DNA from: Octopus bimaculoides
Taxonomy: Eukaryota
Direction: 5' to 3'
NCBI RefSeq assembly: GCF_001194135.2
Contig: NC_068981.1
Span: 190,973,555-191,037,554, forward strand
Length of the DNA stretch: 64,000 bases
Each line of letters starts with the position of its first letter. Positions within the stretch are counted from its first letter, which is position 1. The notes under the pieces were generated by a model, which did not search any database, was not told the origin of the DNA, and was given only the letters and a program-made list of their open reading frames with translations. Positions 48,291-61,179 of this stretch are shown here, piece by piece. Both the position numbers and the translations under genes were made by a program.

Positions 48291-50222
48291 TGTTAGTTTT
48301 CTTTTTTGTTTTTGCTGTGAAAAAACATATCTGTGAGCCAGTGCTTATAGTAGGAATAGATTCTTTATCAGCTCACAGATCAGCTTTCTGAGAGAAGTTG
48401 AAACAGAGATTGTAGTTGGGATGGAATTGATGGTTTAGAAAAAGAGGGATGAAGAATAGGTGTTGTAAAAGAATTTCGTTAACGGTTTACATCTTAGCAG
48501 GGTGTGGTGTACAGGCTCGGTACTTGACTAAAATTCATAGATGTTGGAGTGGAGGAGAAAGAATTATTTTGTGGATTGGTTCTCACATGGATTGGTTTTC
48601 AGATTGGTTTGCTTAAAGTTTGGTTTCTATAGATTCAGAAGCAATTATATACAGTGTGTTGTATTGATGTCTTTAGGAAGAATAACTGAAAGTGAGAAGC
48701 ATGACATGTACACTTTTAACTGAAAGCAAACTTCAGCATCTTAAAATACCAGCTCAAGCATGTTTCTTATATAGTTTCACATTTGCAAACACTATAGATT
48801 TTTTCCATAAGGGGAGTGTGTGTGTGTGCGTCTGTGCATGTGTGCGTGTGTGCTTTGTGCTATATTGAATTTCTATAACTGCATATCATATAGTTCAAGA
48901 TGCATTATTGCGAGAAAGATATGAAATTCAAATTGATATAAGCATGATTGTCATAATGGCAAATTGCAAATTTATTTACTTTTTATTTATTTCCTAATCT
49001 ACATATTTCAATTTAAGTAATGGCAAAGACTGTTGCTGGGAAAGATAGCTAAAAATAGATTAATGCATTAATATATATATTTATATATATATATATATAT
49101 ATGATGGAACAAGAAAGTGTCAAAGTAGTAGCATGTTGATGTTTTAAATATCAACAACTCCAGTTTCGACCAATTCGCTGAACTATGAAGCTATCGACTG
49201 TGTTGTATCTTCTTCTAACTAATAAATGGTTTTCTATATTGCAACCATAAATTGTGTGATTAATGTGTTGGACATATAAATGTGCTGAGTGGTATATTTG
49301 GAAAGCTAAAAACAAAGACAAAACCCAAAAGAAATATGTTTGTTGTAGATATATGAATGAAACACTGGGTTCATATGAAGCAGAAAAGTTTTTGGAAATT
49401 AGCGGTGTCAAAAGCAATGACAAGTGAAGATTTCACAGGAGGAAAATGAGTAACGAGAGGAAGGCTGCAGCCAAAGTATCTGTAGATGGAAGAAATAAAG
49501 TAATTTATGTTGTCATGACACAGTGACAGTTCTTTGAATAATAACAAATAATTAGAAACTAGAGCAAGAATAAAACGCAAAAATGGGTTCAAAGCAAGAA
49601 ATGCATTTATAAATATATGCTTTAGTCTGATTTTATTACCAACAGCATTCAAAGTGTTTCCTTTGAAACCTCATACTTTCTTTCCAACTGCTAATTTACA
49701 AGAACTCCAACCTTAACTACATTAACATCACTTGTCTGTTCTTTATATCTTAACAAAGGGAGGAGAGAGAGAGAGGACATCAAAATGTCAAGAATGTTGC
49801 TCACTCTGTGATGTTCTGTGTGTGTGTGTGTGCAATAATGATATCTAAAGTCAGAGATGTTGTCATTGTGTAATTCTGATTATGTCTAACCTAGCAAATA
49901 TGTGACAGAGCATATCATTGTGGTATCAACTCTTCACTCTGAGTCCAAATCCCACTGAAGCGAACTTTGCCTTTCACCCTTTAGGGGCTCAATAGAAAAG
50001 CACCAACCTTGGTTGGTGGAATGGTAAGACCGTCAGATCAGCTGTCATACAGTATCTGTTCGAGGTAAAGTATTGTAAGTTCAAATCTCATGATGGCCTT
50101 CTTGGCTAAGTGAACCCAGTCTGTTGCTTGGTGAAAATATAAGCACTATATTTCTGCTTGACTAAAGTACACTGGGAAAAAAGCTTGCTATAGTTTCTTC
50201 TCTCCTGTATGTTGACATAGAT

Positions 50223-50553
50223 GCAGGCATGGTTGTAAAGTAAGAAAGTTTGCTTCCCAACCACATAGTTCCGGGTTCAGTTCCACTTTCGGCGAGTGTT
50301 TTCTACTATGCCTTCGAGCCAACCAAAGTTTTATGAGTGGATCTGGTAAACAGAAATTGAAAGAAGCCTTTTGTGTGTGTGTCTTTGTGCCTGCCCCATC
50401 ACTTAGTGGTTTGGCAAAAGAGGTCAATAGATTAAGAACCAAGTTTAAAATATAAATAAGTACTGGGGTTGGTTTGTTCAACTACAGTTTTTCAAAGCAG
50501 TGCACCAGCATGGCCATAGTCTAATGATTGAAACCAGTAAAAGATAAAAGATA
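50223..50553 (+). mobile_element. Head-A/alpha SINE
   Basis: Head plus alpha tail ending GTAAAAGATAAAAGAT. Confidence 0.85.
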
Positions 50554-50681
50554 GACTATCAGCAAAGATTTATAATTGCAGGTGAAATTTTATTTTTGTT
50601 TCAAAATCTGAATTGGGTGTGATGTGTGAAACTTACTTTTAGATCATAAGTAGTAATGTATAATAATGATTTATGACAGAA

Positions 50682-50898
50682 GGAGACAAAGTGGCTGAGT
50701 TCCTTTTGGACATTGGGCCTCATGGAGACAAAGGGGTCAAGTATCTTTCAAGCGTTGGGCCTCATGGAGACAAAGTGACTAAGTTCCTTTCCAGCGTTGG
50801 GCCTCAGGGAAGCAAATTCACTGAGTTCCTTTTAAACACTGGGCCTCCCAGAGGCAAAGTGGCTGAGTTCCTTTCGAGTGTTGGGCCTCACAGAGGCA
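50682..50898 (+). repeat. 42-bp minisatellite, about 5 units
   Basis: (T/C)TGGGCCTC anchors at 50713, 50755, 50797, 50839 and 50881, with no indels. Confidence 0.97.
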
Positions 50899-51195
50899 AC
50901 AACTGAGACCTTTGGCAATAATGTCATGCTTCAGAAGAAGACCCATCAAGCTAAGTAAAATCGCAGTCATGACAAATACTGGTGTCACACAAATGGCACC
51001 TGTGCCAGTGGCATGTAAAAGCATCCATTACACTCTCAGAGTGGTTGGCATTAGGAAGGGTATCCAGCTGTAGAAACCATGCCAAATCAAACTGGTGTCT
51101 GGTGCAGCCTTTCAGCTTACCAGCCCTGGTCAAACCATCCAACCCATGCCAGCATGGACAATAGACGTTAAATGATGATGATGATGATGATATTG
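50870..51195 (+). mobile_element. RTE LINE 3' end (last ORF codons, 3'UTR, (GAT)n)
   Basis: FRVLGLTEA..GAGACCTTTGGC..GAAGACCCATCAAGC then a C tail. Confidence 0.85.
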
Positions 51196-51611
51196 AGTGA
51201 GAGCAGACTAAATTGACCAAATCCCTAATGAAGCAGCTAGATCGATGACATCATTCGTTTTAATTAAATGTAGTGACTGGCTTTAAGTTTGTAATTATAT
51301 ATTTACTTTGGTTCAATTGTTACAATGTTTTCCCTGTTGAGAATGTCATTAACTTTATTTTTATTTTAACCTGAAGCACCATATTAATTTAGGTAACAGT
51401 TTACAGTATTTTAATTCAAAAATAATTGCTGCCAAAATATTTCCTTTTTAAAACGAAAAAGAAATGTATTTCCATTCTTACAGTGCAAAACAGTCTTTCA
51501 TAGAAGTCACATTTCCCACAATTTTCAAACTAAATTAATTATATTCTCTTAATTATGTTCACTTAATTGATAAGTGCTACTATAAATTAATCATTTTGTT
51601 AAATGAGAAAT

Positions 51612-51621
51612 NNNNNNNNNN
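51612..51621. other. Assembly gap (10 N) followed by TA-rich low-complexity DNA
   Basis: N run. Confidence 1.
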
Positions 51622-51833
51622 ATATATATAATATATATAATATATAATCTATATATTATACATATAATATATAATATGATATACATATAATATACATATA
51701 TATATATTATATTTATGTTATATATATAATATATATTATGTATTATGTATATGTATATTATATATTATGTATGTGTATAAGGCATTATACATTTCCTATT
51801 TGATTCTGTCCTACCAAACACTACAGCACTTAC

Positions 51834-52007
51834 AAGAGGTAATAAAATATATATGAAGGAAGAGGATATAAAACGTTTGGAAAACGCCATATTGGGTTGA
51901 GTCAAATATAATAATGGGATCACAGCTCCTTGAAGAGGTCTTGAAGCGGTTACGGTTAAAAGAAATCTTATAAGTGAAGATTCCGATAGAGAGAAAAATA
52001 AACAAAG
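51834..52007 (-). CDS. Candidate 174-nt symmetric phase-1 exon encoding a hydrophobic peptide
   Basis: About 90-nt pyrimidine tract plus TTTAG acceptor, GTAAGT donor, open frame xLFIFLSIGIFTYKISFNRNRFKTSSRSCDPIIIFDSTQYGVFQTFYILFLHIYFITS. Confidence 0.3.
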
Positions 52008-52267
52008 CTAAATAAAATAATAGAACGGAAAATACGACAAAGAAAAAGAAGAAAACAAAAGAACTACGGGAAAATGAATTAAAGATAAAACAAAAGAAAA
52101 TCTCATATACACACATGCAACGCGACATGCACATTTAAACATATATATGCACACACACATGCACACATATATATGTGTGTGTATGTGTGTGTCGATACAT
52201 ATGTGTGTGCGTGATTATTTTCTTTTTCTCTGCTCACCCTTTGTTCGGTTTTCTGGTGATTTTCTTT

Positions 52268-52314
<47 letters not shown>

Positions 52315-52949
52315 AAATTTATTTAGTTACATATATTTAGATCAAAAGTTATTGATACCTTCATCAATACCACATATAAAAAGAATGGAATTAGTTAAGT
52401 TGGATTGATTAATTGATTTTAGCAAACCATATAGAATGAACTGAAATATTTATTTGCTTGAAATTGAAAGCCAATTTTCTTTGATATGATTTCGTAAATG
52501 AAGCTGCCAAGGGAGGTCACTGGAGATAAAAGATGAGTTTGTCTTAATTCAGGTATTGATTATGAAAGGTAGCGGGTATATAATACAGTGGTTCTTTGAA
52601 ATAAACCATGTCTGCATGCGGGTCTTGTTACACGTTAACTCATTATTGAACCCCACAGGATATTATGAAGATGAACTCCATTGATGCTGAGACAGGATTA
52701 AAGGGAAAAAATTCATACTAGAATGTTGAATTTATAGGAAATTTTGAGATGAAGGTAGTAATGCAGTAATTTGTCTGCTGCAAAATGAGCCATGTGTTTA
52801 TGTCATGCATGATTTCAATTAGGCACTCACAGAGATAGATTAATTAAATTGCTTTGTTAAAATAGGTGATAATTCTAGAGAAAAACTACGATTAATAAAT
52901 TGATAAAGGTTTGCCATCTAGGTAAGTGGATTCTGTGATACTTAAGAGA

Positions 52950-53335
52950 TAATAACTTAATCAAGCTACATCAGTTTGGTAGCCAAGTGGTACAATGTGA
53001 TAAAACTGTGTGTGTTTAATGTAATTTGTCAGTGACCAAAGGAGCTGAAGACTAAATGTTGAAGACTTTAGCATGACTGATAGAATTATTTTGGTTTATA
53101 AGAGGAGGCTTGATTTGACAAGAGATGTCAATACCCAATTAACCAGGAGGTATAAAATGTTAACCTGAACTGCAAGCTGTTATTTCCAGTTACTTGGCAA
53201 TAAAATCAGGCATTAACCATGCAACTATGAATAAAAATGGAAAAGCAAAGATGGATAATCAAATAAGACTGATGAGGTCTAACTTACAGATGTGGATATC
53301 TTCTTTGGCTGCCCATCAGAGGTCAGTGTTGACTG
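52950..53335 (+). pseudogene. Highly decayed CR1/L2-like RT fragment
   Basis: GGCTGCCCATCAGAGGTCAGTGTTGACTGTTCTT resembles the GVPQGSVLGP.LF coding motif. Confidence 0.3.
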
Positions 53336-53344
53336 TTCTTGCTC

Positions 53345-53610
53345 AGTAATCATCTCTGGCAGGTTCTCGTGTGCGCTACATGGCCTGCTCTTCTGAAGCT
53401 ATTTGATGCAACAAAGAAGTGTTGCTTCTCATGTGCTCTTTACCGATTATCTCTGTTGCTCCTCTTCAATGGCTGGAATTGTGAATTTCTGCAATTCATT
53501 GTGCCACAGGGCCTTCTTCCATGTATCTGGGTAGATTCCAGAGTTCTTCATATATCTATTCAGCACATCCCTGTATTGCAACCTCCAACCACTATGGTTC
53601 TGCCCACCCT
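53345..53610 (-). mobile_element. Decayed RTE (BovB-like) 3' ORF end
   Basis: Minus frames LQYRDVLNRYMKNSGIYPDTWKKA and FRRAGHVAHTRTC (terminal zinc-knuckle-like motif). Confidence 0.55.
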
Positions 53611-54725
53611 GACAAAAGACTTAAGATTATACTTTTCAAATAAAGGAGGTGACAGTCAATCTTTTGGTCAAGCCAAGAAAACTGTTTCCAGTGATTTTAT
53701 TTGTTTTCAAATTGCTCAAAACTTGGACAGAAACGTCAATGGATTTTGATTATAAGTTAGGGTCTGAATACTAATGCACAGACCCAGAGCATATACCACC
53801 AGACATCCTGTCAAACAATTTCACCAATCTACCACCCTGAAATAGTACAGAACCAACAGGTATTGGAGGGGAGGGTTGGCAAAGCAGCAAGGGTCATAGT
53901 TTTGGGGCTGGTGAAATAGGGTAGATACCCTCGTATGATTTTAGATTATTAAAATATGAAAGGTGATTAAAATATTTGAGCAGAGTAAGAGATTTGTTGC
54001 TTGTTTCTGGTCATATGGATATGGTTTAACTCTGACCAGTTCTGAGTGGACAGGGCTATGATCAGATATTCTAGGCATCACCATTTCATGGTATGAAATA
54101 TGTGTAGTTTCAGAGAAATTTGGTTGATATTTCTAGTAGGTCCTTCAACAGTTTAGAAGTTCCATCAATAAGTCATACCTCTTATTATTCAGTTAGAATC
54201 TTAAAATTTTAATTTCTGTACAAAACCGAAGCAAAAAGAGTTTGTTTCTTTAGTCAGCTGCACAACTCAACTTTCAATGACCACCATCCTAATTTTACTG
54301 TATGTGTGCATATGTGTGTGCACGTGTGTATGTGTGTGCATGTGATTGTAAAAAAAGAGCTTGATATTTCTTGCTATTTCTGCTGATATACCTGTATTCA
54401 AAGATGTTATCTGCCAGCAGATGATTTGGTAAAGAATTAAGAGACTGAGAACGATAAGGAATAATGTGATAAAGCGATGAAGATAATTCAGTATTAGCAA
54501 GATGATACAATGCAAAGCTTTCTTTAATTGAATTTTATTACCAACTTGTGTATAATTATACACACTTTTATATTTCACCAGTGAATTCTGAGATATTCAC
54601 AGAGAATAATTCATGTCTTTCATTACAGAAGCTATTCTACTTCTTAAACAATTGAGCTTCTAGGAGCTTTTACTTGGTCTTAATGCCAGCCCCTCACCCA
54701 CAAGTGCTTTTAATGGATTCATACT

Positions 54726-54900
54726 GTGAAGGCATGTGGCCTACTGGTTGAGACGTTCCATTTACAATCACTAGGTCATGGTACATTTGATTTCCAGATC
54801 AGGCAGTGTGTCATGTTCTTGAACAAAATATTTCATTTCATGTTGATTGACAATCACTTTGACACTTGATGCATGGTACCCTGTGGTACCCTGTACAAGT
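54726..54900 (+). mobile_element. Degenerate E SINE
   Basis: GTGAAGGCATGTGGCC..CATGTTCTTGAACAAAATATTTCATTTCATGTTG. Confidence 0.55.
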
Positions 54901-55724
54901 GGTGTCAATTTTATTGAGGTTGTGAGGTAATGTATCTCAGAAGCATTCAATTATATTAATCCCGTGACAATGGTTTGTTTTTTTTACCAGGCAACTAGAT
55001 TGCTCTGACGGTAATCGACTTGACTGAGATCAGCAATTAGTGCACAGCAATGGTTCGGCATATATTTACATCAACCGCTTTAAAGTATGCACTGTTTATT
55101 TATGTGAACTGTCATCACTACGAAGACCATAGATCCAATGAAACTGGTGTAGTTGGATGCAACTGTAAATTCCATGAAGGACCAGAAGAATTTGCTGAAT
55201 GTGTATGAACTTGATAGGAAGTCATAGTGGAAATGGTGGTGTAACTGCCAGAACTGCTGCTTTTATATTATTATGGTGATGAAGTCTTGAACTGAGTTGG
55301 AAATATTTACACAAAGAGTCTAACAAACCTATCAGATTCCTTAAAATTTGCAAGTTGGCCTCTATTATCAATTCCATGAGTGATAGCGAATATTTATATC
55401 AACTGGTATACAAACAAGTACAAAACCCCCAGCAGATAGGGCTGTGTATATTTTCATCATCTGATTCAAAGTGAGGACACAACGCATGTAAATTTACATC
55501 AACCAATGTTATGGGGTCAACAACACTTCAGTGCATGTTGTTCAGTAAGAAATTGTGAAACCCTCACCTATCATTTACGACAAGAAAGTCCACCATTTTG
55601 TTGCAAGTATTCAAATCAGGTTTCTGGTGTGGGGACAACTTCTCCTCTTCCTTCTTCCTATCAGTCTTGAAGACCTTTAAAAGGGATCCTTAGTGATGCA
55701 CTTCCTCCCGTGAGTAAAATATTG

Positions 55725-55922
55725 GTTTCAAATTTTGGCACAAGGCCAGCAATATTTTAGGAGAGGGGTATGTTGATTACAGCAAGCCCAGTGTTCAACT
55801 GGTACTTAGGGATGAAAAGTTAAGTCGACCAAAGCAGAATTTGAACTCAGATCATAAAGATAGACAAAACGCTGCTAAACATTTTTCCTGATGTGCTAAC
55901 AATTCTTCAAGCTTGCCATCAT
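55725..55922 (-). mobile_element. Head-B SINE
   Basis: GATGAAAAGTTAAGTCGACC..GAATTTGAACTCAGA. Confidence 0.8.
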
Positions 55923-56012
55923 AAGTAAAAGCTGAAGTAAAACATTAACAAAATAAAGCAAAAACTGTGATGTCTTATGTAGCAGGTCAGTTCCCAACCC
56001 CCTCCCACCCCT

Positions 56013-56120
56013 TGCTGATTCCAGAAGAAAATGGATGAGATAGTCATTGCTGGAACATTTGTGATCATATGTCTACTCAAACAGGGCTGACCCAGGGCTA
56101 AACAGCAACAACAATATTAA
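56013..56120 (+). repeat. D-tail segment duplicated at about 57008-57118, including 3' flank
   Basis: GGAACATTTGTGATCAT..TCTACTCAAACAGG..GACCCAGGGCTAAACA..TTAAAAGACAC in both. Confidence 0.85.
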
Positions 56121-56461
56121 AAGACACTTGCAAGAGAGAGACATGATCAGTGGAGAGATTCCAAGGGTATGATGTTCTGGGGAGGAAGGACTTTGTAAAA
56201 GGGTTAGTGTGGGTAGGCCCCGTGGGTCGTATGCAACAAGAGTAATGAGAAGAGAAGAGAGAAATGGGTCAGGAGTATCTGAGTGGAGGGAGAACAACCA
56301 GTCAGATTTAGGGAGCAGAGGCCACTTTAGTTGCAATGGAAAAGACAGAGAGAAGAGACAGTAGAGCTGTAATCCAGGGGCTGGAACGGATGAGTTAGGG
56401 GTTTAATGCTTAAATAACCGCATTAGTCATATATTGTTTATAGTCAAAGTAATATTGATTT

Positions 56462-56620
56462 CAAATGTTGGCACAAGGCTTGCAATTTCAGGAGCGGGAT
56501 TAAGTTGATTAAATTGACCCTAGTTTTCAACTGGTATTTATTTTATCAACACTGAAAGGATGAAAGGCAAAGTCAACCTCGGTGGAATTCGAACTCAGAA
56601 CATGGAAACAGACAAAATGC
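56462..56620 (-). mobile_element. Head-B SINE, partial
   Basis: GGATGAAAGGCAAAGTCAACCTCGGTGGAATTCGAACTCAGAAC. Confidence 0.8.
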
Positions 56621-56853
56621 ATGTAGTCATAGTAATATTAATTAATCCACTGAGATGTTTAAAAAAAAAATTGAACCAATTAGAGAGTCTTTATATGGTT
56701 ACTACACCTGATTTCCTCCCCTCCATACACACGCAAGCATTATCTGACTCATACATTGTTCACTTTCCAGACATTTGTACATTACTGCATATGCTTTATA
56801 CACACTTTTGAGAAATTGTAGTGCACCTGAGCACTGTCTACAATAATTTCATG

Positions 56854-56891
<38 letters not shown>

Positions 56892-56894
<3 letters not shown>

Positions 56895-57118
56895 CATTAC
56901 TCAACCTGCTAGAAATGGCAGCCAAATTTTTCCTAAATCATACCCTACCTGTTTTAAAAACAAATGAAGGATACACTGAATAAAGAAGTCCTAGACGCAG
57001 CGTCTGGAAAATGGATGCGATAATCATAGCTGGAACATTTGTGATCATTTGTGTCTACTCAAACAGGCCTGACCCAGGGCTAAACAACAACAATGACATT
57101 AAAAGACACCTGTAATCT
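56892..57118 (+). mobile_element. D SINE 3' half
   Basis: CTGCTAGAAATGGCAGCCAAAT..GGGCTAAACAACAACAA. Confidence 0.7.
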
Positions 57119-57508
57119 CTACATTGGCAAAAATCGATTCAAAGACCAGATAACATCAGTGTTTAGTGAGAAGAGTTAAAATGTTCTTCAGACACATAAA
57201 GTCTATCAGGGGCTTTTAAATGTATATTCACCTTGACTAATATCCACTTCATTTTCAAAATGACCATTCCATTTAAATAGTTATTCTCAGTAGAGATATA
57301 ATGCTAAAGCATCAAGCTGAGCTTCAGCAGAAGTTTCTATAGAATGTCTAAAATATCATGACAGGTTGATGTAATGTTCTTTACTCCAGCAACCAACTAT
57401 TTGCTATAGTGAATAACAACTTTTCAGTGAAAATTCAAAATTCTTGAATGCCTGTGAGATTTAGTGCTGTAAGCATTTAGTTTAAATTATTTGGATTTTA
57501 AAAAATAA

Positions 57509-57627
<119 letters not shown>

Positions 57628-57907
57628 GTGATTTAGTTATTGCATTGTCTGTAATGTCTATCTTACTTATTCTTTCGCCAAACGATTGTGGAAACGATGT
57701 TCAATGACTAACATTGAAATATATTGATCAGCAGTTTTTTTTTATTGTGTATTATAGATATAACTTTACTCCAAAATGTGAACTATTTATAAATTGCTGA
57801 AAAGGAAAATGCTTAAACTCTCATGTAGTACTTTGGTAGAAGTTCTTTGTTTACCATCTTCCCCAGCAGTTTTGGAAATGTAAGAGAAAAATATGAATTA
57901 ATACAGG

Positions 57908-58290
57908 GTGGGCATGGCTTTGTGTTTAGGAAATTCACTTCCCAACTTCATGGTGTCAGATTCAGTCCTACTGAGTGGCACCTTGGGCAAATGTTTTCTA
58001 CTATAGCTCCAAGTAATCAAAGCTTTGAGTGGATTTAGTAACTGGAAACTCAAAGAAGTCATCGTGTGTGTAAGCCTGTCTACATTTACACAGAAAGTTG
58101 CCATGTATAAGTAGTCTCATTGTTTTTGTTGTTACTTTTATGAACAAATCATCTGTTTGCTTCATGCATGGATGATGTAAGATAACCCTTACTTGAAAGA
58201 TGGGAAGGTTAGCAGAAAGAAGGGCATCCAACTGTAAAACAATGTCTATAATATATTACTCTAGTCCTTGCTTTCATGGAAAAACCAACA
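57908..58290 (+). mobile_element. Head-A/beta SINE, diverged
   Basis: Head 57908-58075; beta tail AGAAGGGCATCCAAC..CATGGAAAA. Confidence 0.7.
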
Positions 58291-58409
58291 GAAAAAAATT
58301 AATGAATAATGTTACAAAATTATTTAATCTTCTAGTTTGATATCACAAGATATCTACAAATCTGTGATTTACTTCACTAACCCAAAACTTTTGGTTGGTA
58401 GACACCCTA

Positions 58410-58479
<70 letters not shown>

Positions 58480-58535
58480 NNNNNNNNNNNNNNNNNNNNN
58501 NNNNNNNNNNNNNNNNNNNNNNNNNNNNNNNNNNN
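58480..58535. other. Assembly gap (56 N) inside a (CA)n run
   Basis: N run. Confidence 1.
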
Positions 58536-58723
58536 CACACACACACACACGTCCCTTTTTTATTACTATCATTAATGTTTTGTATACTGTAATAGATAAA
58601 AGATTCTCTAAAATAAATTTATTAAAACCCTTTTAAATTTATCATTTTTATTTATTATTTTCTCTTACAGTAAACACTAAATCTTTTATAAAAGAAAAAT
58701 AAATCCTCATAATACACTGTTAA

Positions 58724-58911
58724 CCCTTTAGCATTTAAACCAACCAGAATATTCTACTTGGTTTAATGTTTGAAGCAGCCTGACCCAGCCATTTACACCT
58801 ACCTTACACTGTCATTGTAAAAGTAAACAATCCCATCATTAAAACCTTGAAGCTACAAGATAACGCATGAGTAAGCTTCACATTTGACAGAGGAATTTAA
58901 ACACTGCAGAC
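58724..58911 (-). mobile_element. piggyBac-type MITE, family P1 (reverse orientation, internal deletion)
   Basis: TTAA|CCCTTTAGCATTTAAAC; reverse complement of the 20323 copy. Confidence 0.75.
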
Positions 58912-58977
58912 TTGAGGAATTAAAGATTTTTAAGTAAGATTTCTCTCATCTATAAAACATTTTGTTAGCACTTATTT

Positions 58978-59058
58978 TAGCCTGGTGTAGCCATCTGGTC
59001 TCACCAGTCCTCAGTCAAATCGTCCAACTCATGCTAGCATGGAAAGCGGACGTTAAAC

Positions 59059-59090
<32 letters not shown>
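58978..59090 (+). mobile_element. Short, near-consensus C tail
   Basis: Almost identical to 30646-30745. Confidence 0.9.
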
Positions 59091-59095
<5 letters not shown>

Positions 59096-59697
59096 ATGAT
59101 TTATAGATATTTCAACTCTCTAATTTTCAGTGGAAAAGTACCAGAAGATATTTGACAGACTAAAACTTTGAGGATAGACTTAGAAAACCTAAATAAAAGA
59201 TGGAACAAGAACTCTAACATTCTTACTTTGATATTTTGTAGAAAATTAACCTTTCACTTAATTAGCCCTAGCTGTCTGTCTTTTTTTTTCCTTTCTCACA
59301 CCGCACTTACTGTCTTTCTCTCTCATTAGTTATTTACAGAACTGTTCAACATTTCAGATGTTATGTCATGGAACTTACATACACATTCAACTTCTTTTTC
59401 TTAATTGGCATTTATCAAATCTTCACTGTTTCTTTATTTCTTTATTAATTTTGATGCCAGTTTCAGTAAAATATAGATATATTAATTTATCTTGCAAGAT
59501 TAAAACTGTTTAATTGACACATTGTGTGTATGTGTGTATGTGTGTCTTGTTAAACTTCAGTTAGGCTTTTAAATAAAAGTGCAGTAAATTTATTAGTGCA
59601 GCTGACATTATTTTCACTCCTAATTGGAAGGTTATGGGTCAGCATAATTGTTTACCATAACTCGTACTGGAAAGCTGGAGGTAAATCAACAAAGCCT

Positions 59698-59711
59698 GTT
59701 GACATGGCAAC
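59698..59711. promoter_or_regulatory. RFX X-box-like palindrome GTTGACATGGCAAC
   Basis: 13/14 match to GTTGCCATGGCAAC. Confidence 0.3.
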
Positions 59712-59951
59712 CAAAATATTAGGTATCAGAATTGGTTGGTCAAATTACATTCCAGTGTTTCTGAAATCACTGGAATATATAATGAAGTTCAGTTTGTTAT
59801 TGCATTTATATCAGTGCAACTAATTAAGCAAACACTTTTTAAAATCAATTATGGTCCACCCTCCATGTTGATAAATATTAATGTTTGTTTCATTGACACA
59901 ACATTTCAAAATGATCATTTTTCCTTTACTAACAATAAATAGTAGGCAAGT

Positions 59952-60278
59952 ATTCCAACCACGTTTCTTGGTTCACTACCTCAACAGCTCCCTTATAGGA
60001 TCCAGTGGCTGAAGACATCATCAGGAAGAACCCTGTCCGATTTCAGTCCCTACTCCTCTACCATTTTCGACATGCTGCTCCACCCCTTTCAAGGTGTCTT
60101 CAGCACAGGTATTGAGTGCGTTTTTTCCTTTCTCTTTTTTCTTTCACCTTTTCTTCTTTGGTTTCTTCAATGTAGCATCACCAAATGTCAGTGGGGTGAA
60201 TGACCATCCTGCCAAATTTTCCTTTGAATACTCGCCAATAGGCTCCAGCAGCTAGCACCAGCTAACTGTCACATGACA
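59952..60278 (-). mobile_element. Probable 5' end / ORF1 start of a LINE-like element, copy 2
   Basis: Homologous to 5055-5360; DATLKKPKKKR*..KNALNTCAEDT. Confidence 0.6.
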
Positions 60279-60829
60279 CTATCTAAGCTTCAACTGACCA
60301 ATAGAGGGGGAGGGCACATAGTTTTGGCCCACGCCCTCTCTAAACCTTCCTTCCAACAGCATTGTGTTAGTTTCAATTCCAGCAGCCAGAGCCAACATCA
60401 AATCAGTCTTTTATAGAATTTGTAACAAGTCGGACTCTTTACCTGTTTTTCACAGTTTCCTCGTCAGTATTCTCCTTTTCCTACTCATTTTTCAAATATT
60501 TTTTCTTTTAGACCTAATTAATTTATTAGAAAAAAAAAGGTATCTGAAGACTATTGAACCTGTTTACAAATGTGTTGAAAATAAATTCTTCTTCTGAAGC
60601 CTCTGTTCTACTTGTACTCCCCAATACTACTGTTCCCTATAGATAGGCCCCAATACATCTCCACCATCTATTTTTCTCTCTCTTGCGCTGACTATGTCTG
60701 TGTCTCTCCCCTTCCCCTCCTGGGGTAGCTAAGTATCCCAACAACTATCTCTGTCCCTCTGTTATACTCTAACCTCTCACCTGGCTCACAGCCACTTCCC
60801 TCAGTTCCACTCCATCTTTCAGCTGAGAG

Positions 60830-61085
60830 TTCTTTGTCTTGCAAGCTACTTGTTTATGAAGGTGCTTGTTTATGGTACCACATAAAAAGCACTGGTGCTG
60901 ATGCCATGTAAAAAGCACTCAGCATGCCCTATAAAGTTCTTGGTATCAGGAAGGGCATCCAGCTATAGAAACCTTGCCAAAACAGACAACTGAAGCCTGA
61001 TGCAACTCTCTGGCTTGCCAACTCCCTTTGAACCAGCCAACCCATGCCAGCATAGAAAACAGATGTTAAATGATGATGATAATGA
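60830..61085 (+). mobile_element. C element with upstream 3'UTR
   Basis: TTTGTCTTGCAAGCTACTTG..GGAAGGGCATCCAGC..AAATGATGATGAT. Confidence 0.85.
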
Positions 61086-61179
61086 AACGCTAGAACTTGT
61101 AAAGTCGGTTACCCTGTTTCCATGATGTATAAAGTGACCAAAATCACAACATTCCCCTGAATGGAATATCAACCCATTA

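Noticed and set aside
50682-50898. Regularly spaced repeat as a CRISPR array
   Set aside because: Units are contiguous and homologous along their whole length with no unique spacers; eukaryotic context; no cas genes
53339-53749. 136-aa plus-strand ORF
   Set aside because: It is the antisense reading of a decayed RTE 3' end
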